Shown: positions 17,979 through 28,068, numbered from the stretch's first letter. The stretch: DNA of 49,694 nucleotides from Candidatus Omnitrophota bacterium (GCA_016783715.1 JADHWA010000002.1:1-49694), one strand, 5' to 3'. Program-made: numbers and translations. Notes: generated by a model not told the origin, from the letters alone.

Positions 17979-18485
17979 TCAGACATCCTTACTTTTTTCT
18001 TTATTGGATGTCTTGACTAATGTAGCTATGGCAAAACTGGCGATCGCCTGCTGTTGGCCGATCTCGCCTAATTTTTCTGAGGTCTTTCCCTTAATGCTGA
18101 CCCTCTCAACCCCTATCTCTAAAACCCCCGCTATCCTCCCCTGCATCTGCTTTTTGAATGGAAGAATCTTCGGCTCCTCGGCTATAACTATTGCATCAAT
18201 ATTATTAATCAGGAACTTTTTTCCTTTTACAATCTCATAGGTCCTCTCCAGCAGCTCGACCCCGGTGATATTTGCATATTTAGGGTCAGTGTCAGGAAAG
18301 TGCTCTCCGATATCACCCTCGGATATTGCCCCCAGGAGCGCATCGGCTATGGCGTGTATCAGCACATCGGCATCAGAGTGGCCAAATAGGCCCTTAATAA
18401 AAGGAATCTCCACGCCCCCTAGAAAGAGCTTGCGGTCCTCAACCAGCCGATGCATATCGTATCCTATGCCGCTGCGATATTCCAT
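17979..18485 (-). CDS. ispF: 2-C-methyl-D-erythritol 2,4-cyclodiphosphate synthase
   Basis: GIGYDMHRL and GHSDADVLIHA motifs. Confidence 0.95.
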   Translation of the reverse strand: MEYRSGIGYDMHRLVEDRKLFLGGVEIPFIKGLFGHSDADVLIHAIADALLGAISEGDIGEHFPDTDPKYANITGVELLERTYEIVKGKKFLINNIDAIVIAEEPKILPFKKQMQGRIAGVLEIGVERVSIKGKTSEKLGEIGQQQAIASFAIATLVKTSNKEKSKDV

Positions 18486-18493
18486 AAATAGAG

Positions 18494-19177
18494 TTATCTG
18501 CGTTTCTTTGCGATTACCCTGGCCACCTCTAAATCCTCGGCGGTGGTCACTTTGATATTTCTGTAATCACCTGCAACTATGCTCACCTTTACGCCGAGCT
18601 TCTCCACTAAAGAAGAATCATCGGTCACATCTGATTTAGCGAATCTCCGGTATGCCGCCAACAACTTATCAATCTTAAAGACCTGGGGGGTTTGTATCTC
18701 CCAAAGCTTCTCCCGCTCCAGCGTCTTCTCTACTACCTGAGCCCGGGATGCGCTTTTAATCGTCGACTTCACCGGGACCCCTACTATAGCAGCACCACTC
18801 TCTTGGGCCCGCTTAACTACCGACGAGATTAATCTGCTGTCAATAAAGGGCCTGGCGCTATCATGAATCAACACAAGCCCGGTATCATCGCCGCAAGCCC
18901 CAAGGCCGTTATACACTGAATCCTGCCGGCGCCTGCCGCCCAAGATGATTTTACCTACCTTAGTAAGACCGCTTTCCCGCACCCGACGGGCAATCTTGGC
19001 TCGGTTGGCGGAGTTTACCACAATAATTATCTCATTAATCAAAGGGTGTCTATTTAACTCTTCCAGAGAGTATAAAAAAAGTGGCTTATTCTTGATTTTG
19101 CTAAATAGCTTACAGCCCCACCCACCAAACCTTATACCTCTTCCGGCAGCCAGTACGATCGCTGATACGCGCATCAT
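18494..19177 (-). CDS. ispD: 2-C-methyl-D-erythritol 4-phosphate cytidylyltransferase
   Basis: [11 protein letters not shown] motif. Adjacent to ispF. Confidence 0.9.
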   Translation of the reverse strand: MMRVSAIVLAAGRGIRFGGWGCKLFSKIKNKPLFLYSLEELNRHPLINEIIIVVNSANRAKIARRVRESGLTKVGKIILGGRRRQDSVYNGLGACGDDTGLVLIHDSARPFIDSRLISSVVKRAQESGAAIVGVPVKSTIKSASRAQVVEKTLEREKLWEIQTPQVFKIDKLLAAYRRFAKSDVTDDSSLVEKLGVKVSIVAGDYRNIKVTTAEDLEVARVIAKKRR

Positions 19178-20151
19178 TTCTCTAGCTTTGTAAAAATCAT
19201 CCTTCCAGCCTGGGTCTGTAGGACCGAGGTAACAACAACCTTTACCTCTTGTCCGATATGGCGGCGGGCATCCTCCACTACCACCATTGTTCCGTCATCC
19301 AGATAACCCACTCCCTGATTATGCTCCTTCCCCTCTTTTATCAGCTTAATCTGCATCTGCTCACCCGGAAAGACGACCGGTTTCAGGGCATTGGCCAGTT
19401 CATTTATATTAAGGATCTTCAAACCCTGCAGGCTTGCTACCCGGTTCAGGTTAAAATCTACCGTCAGGAGTTTGGCATCCAGGAGCTTACCCATCTTGAC
19501 CAGTTTTGCATCAACCTCTCTGGTCTCAGGGAACTCCTCTTCATGGAACATAATCGCTTGCGCCGACTCCTTTTGTATTGCATGCAGTATCTCTAAACCT
19601 CTTCTGCCGCGCTGCCGCTTGATCGGATCAGTGGAGTCTGCGATCTGTTGCAGTTCTTTCAGGACGAATTTAGGGATCACATATTTGCCGTCTAAGAATT
19701 TTGTTTTAATAATATCCAGAATCCTTCCGTCGATAATTACGCTTGTGTCAAAGACTGTCACATCCTCAGATTGATCCTGTCGACGCAGGCGCACATAAGG
19801 AATTATCAGGTTAAACTCATCCTTGCCGCGCAGGCCGATAGACATACCCAGGTAACAGAAGATCAGCGTCAGGATCACGCGGATCAATGAGCGGGCACTC
19901 TCTGATATCGGCGCCAGACTAAATGCATCGGCTACTAACTTCGCCATCAACAACCCCAGAAGAAGCCCGAATACAGCACTAGAGAGTCCGCGTACCGAAA
20001 CCCGGCCCATCCCTATCTCCATCAGGATGATCCCTGCCCCGGCAACCAAGCCGATTACACCACCTATGAGAAATGATCCTCCCGGAGCCATCTGATATCC
20101 TACAATAGCGCTACCTACTACAAAAAGAATCCGTAATAATAATAAATTCAT
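19174..20151 (-). CDS. yacL: PIN/TRAM domain membrane protein (YacL-like)
   Basis: N-terminal TM helices, a PIN core ([11 protein letters not shown]), and a C-terminal TRAM beta barrel. It lies between radA and ispD, as in Bacillus. Confidence 0.8.
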   Translation of the reverse strand: MNLLLLRILFVVGSAIVGYQMAPGGSFLIGGVIGLVAGAGIILMEIGMGRVSVRGLSSAVFGLLLGLLMAKLVADAFSLAPISESARSLIRVILTLIFCYLGMSIGLRGKDEFNLIIPYVRLRRQDQSEDVTVFDTSVIIDGRILDIIKTKFLDGKYVIPKFVLKELQQIADSTDPIKRQRGRRGLEILHAIQKESAQAIMFHEEEFPETREVDAKLVKMGKLLDAKLLTVDFNLNRVASLQGLKILNINELANALKPVVFPGEQMQIKLIKEGKEHNQGVGYLDDGTMVVVEDARRHIGQEVKVVVTSVLQTQAGRMIFTKLEK

Positions 20152-20162
20152 ATGATTCCTCC

Positions 20163-20263
20163 TTCAATGAGCGCATAACTTACGCGACTGCCAAGGAGCG
20201 TAAGTTATAAGCGCGAATTGATCCCGAGCCTTCCTAATTTTTTTAAAGTAGAGGCTGGGGATC
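20163..20263. repeat. modular hairpin element, copy 1 (modules A+B)
   Basis: Module A is TTCAAT-GA-GCGC-ATAACTTACGC, loop, GCGTAAGTTAT-AA-GCGC-GA-ATTGA (20163-20221). Module B is GATCCCGAGCCT/AGGCTGGGGATC (20220-20263). Confidence 0.8.
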
Positions 20264-21634
20264 TTATCTCTTCATTCCTACATCCATCGCTTCTTTTAAG
20301 GTGGAGACAGGGATAATCTCCATCCCCATCTTGGTATCTAAATTCTTATAATTATTCCTTGATAAGACACACTGCTTAAATCCCAGCTTCTGGGCCTCTT
20401 TTATCCTTAGGCCCGCCTGATTAATACTCCTGACCTCCCCGGCCAGGCCCAGCTCACCTAAAAAAATTGTATCGGCGGCGATCAAGGCGTCCTGATGTGC
20501 GGAGCTGATCGCCATCGCTACCGCAAGATCTGCAGCCGGATCCTCTATTTTGATACCGCCTGCCACATTGACAAATATATCCTCTAACTCCAGATGCAAC
20601 CCTATCCTCTTCTCCAACACCGCAATCAACAGGCTCAGGCGGTTGTAATCGAACCCTTGCGCCCTGCGGAGGGCATTCCCGAAACCGGCCTTACTAACTA
20701 ATGCCTGGATCTCCACCAGAAGCGGGCGGCTGCCCTCTAAAATGGACGCAACCACCGAACCTGAAACATCCTTTGGGCGCTCCGATAGAAAGATCTCAGA
20801 AGGATTTTTAACCTCTTTTAAGCCGGCTCCGCCCATCTCAAAGACCCCAATCTCATTGGTTGAACCGAACCTGTTCTTTACCGCCCGCAGGATCCGGTAG
20901 AGCGCAAACCTGTCCCCTTCAAAATAAAGCACGGTATCCACGATATGCTCCAGGACTCTGGGACCGGCTAACATCCCTTCTTTAGTAACATGGCCGATAA
21001 TAAACACAGATGTCCCCGTGGTTTTAGCTAACTGGGTTAATATTCCGGCGCACTCCCTTACCTGACTGACGCTCCCCGCGGATGAACTAAGATTCGGAGA
21101 AAAGACTACCTGGATGGAGTCAATAATCACCACATCCGGCTTTAACTTATTAATATGTTCGATGATCATCGCCAGATCCGTCTGATTGACAATATACAAT
21201 AAATCATTACCAATTGATTTTCCCAGCCGTTTTGCCCGCAGCTTAGTCTGAGAGGCCGACTCCTCCCCGCTGACATACAACACAGTATGACCTCCGTCGG
21301 TCAGTTGATTTGAGACCTGCAGAGAAATTGTTGACTTACCCACACCAGGATCCCCTCCGATCAGGATTACCGATCCCGGAACTATCCCGCCGCCTAAAAC
21401 CCTGTCTAACTCCAATATTCCGGTTTTAAGGCGCGACTCTTCCCTGGCTTCAACATCCTTTAGCAACACCGGACCATCTTTGTAGAGGGCGCTGTGTAAT
21501 TTTGTTTTGGCCTGCACCGGCGTATAGTCCTCTTCAAGAAAAGAATTCCAACTGGAGCAGTCAGGGCACCTCCCCTGCCACTTAGGAGATTGATAACCGC
21601 AACTCTGACAACTAAATACTGTTTTTGTCTTCAC
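20264..21634 (-). CDS. radA: DNA repair protein RadA/Sms
   Basis: N-terminal Zn ribbon CQSCGY...CPDC, Walker A GDPGVGKST, KNRFG motif, and a Lon-like C-terminal domain. Confidence 0.95.
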   Translation of the reverse strand: MKTKTVFSCQSCGYQSPKWQGRCPDCSSWNSFLEEDYTPVQAKTKLHSALYKDGPVLLKDVEAREESRLKTGILELDRVLGGGIVPGSVILIGGDPGVGKSTISLQVSNQLTDGGHTVLYVSGEESASQTKLRAKRLGKSIGNDLLYIVNQTDLAMIIEHINKLKPDVVIIDSIQVVFSPNLSSSAGSVSQVRECAGILTQLAKTTGTSVFIIGHVTKEGMLAGPRVLEHIVDTVLYFEGDRFALYRILRAVKNRFGSTNEIGVFEMGGAGLKEVKNPSEIFLSERPKDVSGSVVASILEGSRPLLVEIQALVSKAGFGNALRRAQGFDYNRLSLLIAVLEKRIGLHLELEDIFVNVAGGIKIEDPAADLAVAMAISSAHQDALIAADTIFLGELGLAGEVRSINQAGLRIKEAQKLGFKQCVLSRNNYKNLDTKMGMEIIPVSTLKEAMDVGMKR

Positions 21635-22249
21635 CTATTTATCTTCCTTTGTCTTCCAGAGTAATTTCCAGGGGTGCCTCTTTAAGTCCTCCGAGAGCTC
21701 CTCTAAATTATTGTAGAGCGTATCATCACCCAGGAGCTTACCGGCAGTCCCCTCACCGCTATTTATCTTGGTCACTGTCTGGTTAAGATTATCAACAATC
21801 CCCTTAGCCGTACGCATAACCTCATGCATCGGGACAGGGTCCACTCCTGTCATCACCTGGCCTGCCTCCAGACACTGGCTATAATCACCTCCGGGTATAA
21901 TCTCGACGTACTTCTCACCTAAAAGCCCTAATGTATTTATCCAGATCTCCGAGTCCATAGGTATCTTGACACCGCTTTTGACCCAGCTGTACAATTGCAC
22001 CTGCGTTTTTTGCTCCTGAGGAAGGAAATTAATACCTACTGCTTTAACCTCCCCCACATCCATTCCGGCAAAGCGTACCGGCGCGCCTACTTTAACGCCA
22101 TTAATGAAATCAAAAAGGAAGCTGACTTGATACCCGGAAGTCCAGGTCCGGAACTTGCCTATAGATAAAACAAAAAACGCCAGGATCACCAATCCGGCAA
22201 AGACAAAGATCCCCACTTTGAGCTCTAGTTTTGTTTTCCCGAAGATCAT
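21635..22249 (-). CDS. mlaD: MlaD/MCE family protein
   Basis: Single N-terminal TM followed by an MCE domain (GVKVGAPVRFAGMDVGEV). Confidence 0.8.
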   Translation of the reverse strand: MIFGKTKLELKVGIFVFAGLVILAFFVLSIGKFRTWTSGYQVSFLFDFINGVKVGAPVRFAGMDVGEVKAVGINFLPQEQKTQVQLYSWVKSGVKIPMDSEIWINTLGLLGEKYVEIIPGGDYSQCLEAGQVMTGVDPVPMHEVMRTAKGIVDNLNQTVTKINSGEGTAGKLLGDDTLYNNLEELSEDLKRHPWKLLWKTKEDK

Positions 22250-22261
22250 ATGATTCCTCCC

Positions 22262-22486
22262 TTCAATAAGCAGATAACTTACGGAGTGAAATGACGTAAG
22301 TTATAGTCCCGCCCTTTTGTTAAAATTTAGTTTATCAATCCGTCCCAGCCCAAAAGGGCGGGACGTCTGCGCATTGAACCCCCCACCACTTTTTAATAAA
22401 AGTCTAAAAATAAAATTAGCGATCTCTAATCTCTCTGTGTTTAATTCCCCTCGCCTACTCTTTCTCTAAAAAGTGGTGGGGGGTCA
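22262..22486. repeat. modular hairpin element, copy 2 (module A with inserted hairpin, plus long module B)
   Basis: TTCAAT at 22262 and ATTGAA ending at 22378. Inserted 14-bp hairpin at 22306-22364. 17-bp inverted repeat CCCCCCACCACTTTTTA at 22379-22395 and 22467-22483. Confidence 0.85.
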
Positions 22487-22487
22487 T

Positions 22488-23258
22488 TTAACTAACCTTC
22501 ATACCGCTCTCTATGGTCTCGGTTATCGGCCCTTGAGCCAATCCGTTTATAAACTGATGAACTACCGGATGAGGTGAATTCTGTATCTGGTCAACTGTGC
22601 CCTCACAGATAATCTTGCCGTGATACATCATGGCAATCCGGTCTGCGACCTTGTAGGCGCTCTTCATATCATGGGTGACCACGATTGAGGTAACTTTCAA
22701 CTTATCATGCAGGCTACGGATGAGTTCATTGATACTGGCTGCGGTTATCGGATCCACTCCGGTGGTTGGCTCATCATAGAGTATAAGATTTGGCTTAATG
22801 CATAGGGCCCTGGCCAGCGATACCCTCTTTTTCATCCCCCCGCTTAACTGCGAAGGCATCAGATTGGTAATTCCGTGTAAGTCCACCAGAGACAATGATT
22901 CTTCGATCCTCTCAAGCAGCTCATCTCTGCCGATATTAGTATGTTCGATCAGGCCAAAACCCACATTCTCACCCACGGTAAGCGAATCAAAAAGAGCGCC
23001 CCCCTGAAAGACATACCCCATCTTCAGTCGAAGGGCATTTAACTCCCGCTCCCCTAAGCCTGATAAGTCCTTGCCGTCAACCCTGACACTTCCTTTATCC
23101 GGCCTTAAGATACCCATGATGTGCTTAAGCATCACCGACTTCCCGCAGCCGGAACGTCCGATAATCACGCATGTAGATCCACTATCAATCTTCAGGCTTA
23201 ATTCATTCAAAACCCTGTGACTACCGAAATTCTTAACTAATCCCTGGATCTCTATCAT
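22488..23258 (-). CDS. mlaF: ABC transporter ATP-binding protein (MlaF type)
   Basis: Walker A GRSGCGKS, signature LSGGMKKR, Walker B ILYDEP. Confidence 0.85.
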   Translation of the reverse strand: MIEIQGLVKNFGSHRVLNELSLKIDSGSTCVIIGRSGCGKSVMLKHIMGILRPDKGSVRVDGKDLSGLGERELNALRLKMGYVFQGGALFDSLTVGENVGFGLIEHTNIGRDELLERIEESLSLVDLHGITNLMPSQLSGGMKKRVSLARALCIKPNLILYDEPTTGVDPITAASINELIRSLHDKLKVTSIVVTHDMKSAYKVADRIAMMYHGKIICEGTVDQIQNSPHPVVHQFINGLAQGPITETIESGMKVS

Positions 23259-23285
23259 ATCTTACTCCCCTCACACCCTCCTGCC

Positions 23286-24080
23286 TTAGGGAAAGACGAA
23301 ATAAAATATCGCGGTAAAGAAGCAATCGGCAATGATAATCGCGATAAATGTAAGCACTACCGACCGGGTAGTAGACTGCCCTACGCCTTCGGCGCCTCCC
23401 TCGACATTAAACCCCTCATAACAGCTTATCATGGCAATAATTATCCCGAAGAATATCGTCTTAAATAGTCCGGTATTAAGGTCTTTGGGTAAAAGTGAAT
23501 CGAAGGTTACTTGTAAATACATACTCGAGGAGATTCCGAGCTTATAGACACAGATCAAATAGCCTCCCAGAATTCCCACTATATCGGCAAATAACGTAAG
23601 TATCGGCAGGACAATAATCAGCGCCAGGAGCCGCGGCACCACAAGATATTTTATAGGGTTGGAGGCAAACGCTTCCAGTGCATCTATCTGCTCGGTTACC
23701 TGCATAGAACCAAGTTCCGCTGTAATCGAAGCCCCGACTCTGCCTGCTACTACTAAAGCGGTAATCACCGGACCCAGCTCCCGCACAAGCGCCAGCGCCA
23801 CCAGGCTGGCTATATACATCTCAGAGCCAATCCGCTGCATAAAATAAGCGCTCTGCAGGGCAAAGATAAAACCGATGAATAGCGACACCAAAATTACTAT
23901 CGGAAGACTGTCGAATCCGGCCTTCTTTATCTGCACCATAACCCGGTAACCTTTAAACGGCGGCACAAATATCTGATGCACTGTCTGCATAGTCAGGCTT
24001 GCCAGCCCGCCCAGATAGTACAAGAGCGTCCGTACACTACGCCCGACACTGATAAAAAAACTATATGATATTATCTTCAT
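23286..24080 (-). CDS. mlaE: ABC transporter permease (MlaE type)
   Basis: 264 aa polytopic protein with the MlaE-family motif RELGPVITALVVAGRVGASITAELGSM. Confidence 0.85.
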   Translation of the reverse strand: MKIISYSFFISVGRSVRTLLYYLGGLASLTMQTVHQIFVPPFKGYRVMVQIKKAGFDSLPIVILVSLFIGFIFALQSAYFMQRIGSEMYIASLVALALVRELGPVITALVVAGRVGASITAELGSMQVTEQIDALEAFASNPIKYLVVPRLLALIIVLPILTLFADIVGILGGYLICVYKLGISSSMYLQVTFDSLLPKDLNTGLFKTIFFGIIIAMISCYEGFNVEGGAEGVGQSTTRSVVLTFIAIIIADCFFTAIFYFVFP

Positions 24081-26494
24081 AATTCAAATATTAACTCTTC
24101 GTTCTTGCGCGAGACCTTGACCTTTGACCCCTCCTTGAATCTCTTAGAGATAATCTCACTTGCCATCGGATCCTCCAGGTAACGCTGAATCGTCCTTTTT
24201 AAGGGGCGGGCGCCGAAGACCGGATCAAACCCCTTCTCAATCAGGAAATCCTTGGCATCCCCGGAGACATCCAGGGTAATCTCCTGCTCTTTGAGTCTCT
24301 GGGCAACGAAACCTATTTCGATATCCACGATGCGCTGCAGGTCATCCTTTAGCAGGGACCGAAAGACTATAATATCATCTATCCGGTTTAAAAACTCCGG
24401 CTTGAAGGTGCGTTTTACCTCATCGAGCAGCTTCTCCTTCATCTCATCGTAAGTCGCCTGATTGCTCTGTGCCTTAAAACCGAGTGAGCCGGTCTTACGG
24501 AGCAACTCTGCCCCAACGTTAGAAGTCATAATCATTACCGTATTTCTAAAGTCTACTTTTCTGCCGAAACTGTCGGTTAGGCGGCCGTCTTCAAAAACCT
24601 GCAATAATAGATTAAATACATCCGGGTGTGCTTTCTCGATTTCATCCAGCAATATCACTGCATATGGCCGGCGCCTTACCTTTTCAGTCAGCTGCCCACC
24701 CTCCTCATAACCCACATATCCCGGCGGGGCACCGATCAACCGTGAGACATTAAATTTCTCCATATATTCGGACATATCCAGCTGAACCAGGGAATTTTCA
24801 TTCCCAAACATAAACTCCGCCAGGGCGCGAGCCAGGAGGCTCTTACCTACTCCGGTAGGCCCCAGGAAGATAAATGAGCCTATTGGCCGGCGTGGATCCT
24901 TAATCCCCGCCCGTGATCTGCGGATCGCATGTGCGATAGTCGTAATCGCTTCCTCCTGACCTACGACTCTCTTGTGCAGCTCATCCTCAATCTTTAAGAG
25001 CTTCTCGCTCTCCTTCTGCTCTAATCTGAAGGCGGGAATCCCGGTCCACTGGGCAACGATTTTTGCAATATCCTCTTCATTGACCTCCGGACGCATCTTG
25101 TCTTTGGAATTTGACCATTCACGATTCAACTTCTCCAGTTCCTGACGCGCCACCCTCTCCTGATCCCGCAGTTGCGCTGCCTTCTCAAAATCCTGGGATT
25201 TAATGAATGCCTCTTTCTCCTTCCTTAAAGAATCTACCTTCTCCTCTATCTTCTTAATATCCGGCGGGACAATCAACACATTCAGCCGGGCTCGGGAGCC
25301 GGCTTCATCAATCAGATCAATCGCCTTATCCGGCTGCGCTCTCCCTGAGATATAGCGGTCAGAGAGCTTGGTCGCAGCCTCAAGTGCATCGTCCTTAAAG
25401 GTCACCCGGTGATGGGCCTCATATCTGTCTCTTAGCCCTTTTAATATTTCTATCGTCTGCTCAATCGAAGGAGGCTCTACCATTATGGTCTGAAATCTTC
25501 TCTCAAGCGCGGCATCTTTTTCTATATGCTTACGGTATTCATCCATGGTGGTTGCGCCGATACACTGGATCTCCCCGCGTGAGAGTGCGGGTTTTAGAAT
25601 ATTGGAGGCATCGATTGCGCCTTCTGCAGCTCCGGCGCCCACCAGCGTATGCAGCTCATCGATAAAAATAATCACATCTTGAGAGCGCTTAATCTCCTCC
25701 ATTACCGCCTTGATCCTCTCCTCGAACTGCCCGCGGTACTTTGTTCCGGCCACCATCAACGCCAGGTCTAAAACTACTATGCGTTTCCCTCTTAAAATCT
25801 CGGGCACATTGCCGGAAACGATCATCTGTGCCAGGCCTTCTACGATTGCGGTCTTTCCTACTCCGGCCTCACCCAATAAAACAGGGTTGTTTTTGGTGCG
25901 CCTGCTTAATATCTGAACTACCCGCTCTATTTCACCCTTACGGTTGATTACCGGATCAAGTTTATTCTCCTTAGCCAGAGTGATCAAGTCGCGACCAAAG
26001 GCATCCAGCGCCGGGGTCTTTGTCTTTGCTGTTTGCGAACCTGTAAACCCGGGAAGCGCAGAACCTAAGAGCTCCATTACCTCGTTTCTTACCCGTTCAA
26101 GATCAAGCCCTAAGTTTAATAACACCTGAGAGGCAACCCCTTCTCCCTCGCGGATCAATCCCAGCAGTAGATGTTCGGTCCCTATATAATTATGCCCCAG
26201 CGAACGCGCCTCTTCGGCAGCCAATTCTAATGCCTTTTTTGCGCGCGGGGTAAAAGGAATATCTCCGATAATCTGCGTGGTCGGGCCCGGCTGTACTAAT
26301 TTTTCTATCTCTAAACGGATATTCTCCAGAGATACCTCCATCTTCTGTAAGACGGTTGCAGCCACCCCTTCTCCCTCGCGAATCAATCCTAAAAGAATAT
26401 GTTCGGTGCCGATATAATCGTGATTAAAGCGTCTTGCCTCTTCTTTAGCTAAAATGATTACTTTTCTTGCCCTTTCGGTAAAACGGTTAAACAT
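24077..26494 (-). CDS. clpC: ATP-dependent Clp protease ATP-binding subunit ClpC
   Basis: Double Clp_N repeat, two AAA+ modules ([16 protein letters not shown]), and a UVR-like linker ([10 protein letters not shown]). Confidence 0.95.
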   Translation of the reverse strand: MFNRFTERARKVIILAKEEARRFNHDYIGTEHILLGLIREGEGVAATVLQKMEVSLENIRLEIEKLVQPGPTTQIIGDIPFTPRAKKALELAAEEARSLGHNYIGTEHLLLGLIREGEGVASQVLLNLGLDLERVRNEVMELLGSALPGFTGSQTAKTKTPALDAFGRDLITLAKENKLDPVINRKGEIERVVQILSRRTKNNPVLLGEAGVGKTAIVEGLAQMIVSGNVPEILRGKRIVVLDLALMVAGTKYRGQFEERIKAVMEEIKRSQDVIIFIDELHTLVGAGAAEGAIDASNILKPALSRGEIQCIGATTMDEYRKHIEKDAALERRFQTIMVEPPSIEQTIEILKGLRDRYEAHHRVTFKDDALEAATKLSDRYISGRAQPDKAIDLIDEAGSRARLNVLIVPPDIKKIEEKVDSLRKEKEAFIKSQDFEKAAQLRDQERVARQELEKLNREWSNSKDKMRPEVNEEDIAKIVAQWTGIPAFRLEQKESEKLLKIEDELHKRVVGQEEAITTIAHAIRRSRAGIKDPRRPIGSFIFLGPTGVGKSLLARALAEFMFGNENSLVQLDMSEYMEKFNVSRLIGAPPGYVGYEEGGQLTEKVRRRPYAVILLDEIEKAHPDVFNLLLQVFEDGRLTDSFGRKVDFRNTVMIMTSNVGAELLRKTGSLGFKAQSNQATYDEMKEKLLDEVKRTFKPEFLNRIDDIIVFRSLLKDDLQRIVDIEIGFVAQRLKEQEITLDVSGDAKDFLIEKGFDPVFGARPLKRTIQRYLEDPMASEIISKRFKEGSKVKVSRKNEELIFEL

Positions 26495-26510
26495 TAGAAG
26501 CCTCCATGAT

Positions 26511-27560
26511 TTATATTTTAAGACTATTGCGTATTATCTCTGCTCTCTTGATATCCCGCTCATCGCTAGAAAGCTTTTTATTCTCAATCTTTTGAATATG
26601 TGCCGGCTGAGTGGTAATAAACAGTTCGTTGAGCCCTGAACGGTTAATCTCTTTAATCATACCTAAATCGCACCCCAGCCGGAGCATCGAAAGAAGATCT
26701 ATTGTCTCCTGGCTTGAGATAATCCGGGCATTCTTCAATATCCCAAAACTCCTGTTTACCCGGTCCTCTAAAATAGTGCGGTTATGAGTAAGCAGTACCT
26801 CACGGGCCTGGCCCTCCTGGTCTACGATCTGCCTGATCAGACCGTTAATATTGCCGATAATCTCATCCTCACTCTGCCCCAATGAGACCTGATTGGAGAC
26901 CTGAAAGAAGTTACCCATCGCCTGAGTACCCTCTCCGTAAAGGCCGCGGGTGGTAAAACTTAACTTTGCGATTGCCGCCATGACGCGATTGATCTGGCGC
27001 GTCATTACCAGTGCCGGAAGATGCAGCATTACCGAACCGCGCATCCCGGTTCCGGCATTAGTGGGGCAGGCGGTCAGATACCCCCACTCCGAAAGAAAGG
27101 CGAAATTCAGCGCCTTCCCCAGTTCATCGTCGAGTTTATTGACGATGCCCCAGGCCTCAAAAAGGTTAAATCCCGACTGCATCAGCTGTATCCGTAGATG
27201 ATCCTCCTCGTTGATCATAATCGAGATCACCTCTTCGTCATCGATGATTACAGCATGGGAATTCTTCTTCTGCGCATGCTCGTGCGACATCAAGTGGCGC
27301 TCTACCAGAAAATGCTTATCCGTAGAATCAAGGTCTGCTAATCTAAAGACCGTACTTCTCTTTAGGAGACTAATTGACTCCTTGGCCTTTGCAATTTTTC
27401 CAAAGATCTCCTCCCCCTGCTTCTTACTCGCCCAGTGAGGAAAACTGTAACCTGATAAGTTCCTGGCCAGCCGGATGCGACTTGAGATCACGATATCCGC
27501 ATTCGGACCGGTTCCCTTTAGCCATTCGCTTGTATGTTTTAGTAGGTCGTTTAGTTCCAT
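26511..27560 (-). CDS. mcsB: protein arginine kinase McsB
   Basis: Phosphagen-kinase catalytic domain (CPTNAGTGMR). Sits between mcsA and clpC. Confidence 0.9.
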   Translation of the reverse strand: MELNDLLKHTSEWLKGTGPNADIVISSRIRLARNLSGYSFPHWASKKQGEEIFGKIAKAKESISLLKRSTVFRLADLDSTDKHFLVERHLMSHEHAQKKNSHAVIIDDEEVISIMINEEDHLRIQLMQSGFNLFEAWGIVNKLDDELGKALNFAFLSEWGYLTACPTNAGTGMRGSVMLHLPALVMTRQINRVMAAIAKLSFTTRGLYGEGTQAMGNFFQVSNQVSLGQSEDEIIGNINGLIRQIVDQEGQAREVLLTHNRTILEDRVNRSFGILKNARIISSQETIDLLSMLRLGCDLGMIKEINRSGLNELFITTQPAHIQKIENKKLSSDERDIKRAEIIRNSLKI

Positions 27561-27561
27561 A

Positions 27562-28068
27562 TTATTTTTCCTTGGATGACTGTTTCTGCTCGGCTGCTTT
27601 TATCTGATCGCGAAGCTTGGCTGCTTCTTCAAAAGCCTCTTCTCCAACCGCCTTTGCAAGTTTTTGGCGCAATTCCGCCATCCCGGTACTTTTCTTTGTC
27701 GGCTTTGACGCTTTAAACGGCGACTTCCCCAAATGCTTGCCGGAACCATGAATCTTCCTCAAAAGCGGCGCCAAATAGGCACTGAATGCAGTGTAACAAC
27801 TCCCGCATCCAAGCCGGCCGATCTTCTTGAAATCACCATAGGTCAGTTTGCATTTTGGGCATTTTAAGACCTGGGTTTCGCTTTGGGGAGTCTTCTTTTC
27901 AAAATCGACCATCCCTGCCAGGAGGTCGCTTAATCCGAACTTCTGCTCCATCTGAACACTCTTCTGCCTGGCACAGCCCTCACAGAGATGAAGCTCGTTC
28001 ATCTGGTCGTCTACGATCTCAGTAAGATGGACAGTCGCCGGATTCTTACCGCAGATATTGCATAACAT
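27562..28068 (-). CDS. mcsA: UvrB/UvrC-motif protein McsA (arginine kinase activator)
   Basis: N-terminal CxxC zinc fingers (CNIC, CEGC, CPKC, CGSC) and a C-terminal UVR motif (FEEAAKLRDQI). Confidence 0.85.
   Translation of the reverse strand: MLCNICGKNPATVHLTEIVDDQMNELHLCEGCARQKSVQMEQKFGLSDLLAGMVDFEKKTPQSETQVLKCPKCKLTYGDFKKIGRLGCGSCYTAFSAYLAPLLRKIHGSGKHLGKSPFKASKPTKKSTGMAELRQKLAKAVGEEAFEEAAKLRDQIKAAEQKQSSKEK

Noticed and set aside
20163-20221. Canonical integron attC site
   Set aside because: The architecture is reminiscent of attC, but the outer boxes are TTCAAT/ATTGAA, not RYYYAAC/GTTRRRY. The flanking genes are core housekeeping genes and there is no intI in the window. The idea is kept only as an analogy.
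22379-22483. Possible CRISPR repeat or terminator, because of the repeated 17-mer CCCCCCACCACTTTTTA
   Set aside because: The two copies at each locus are inverted, not direct. There is one unit per locus and no array or cas genes. The T-run is part of the stem rather than a trailing U-tract.
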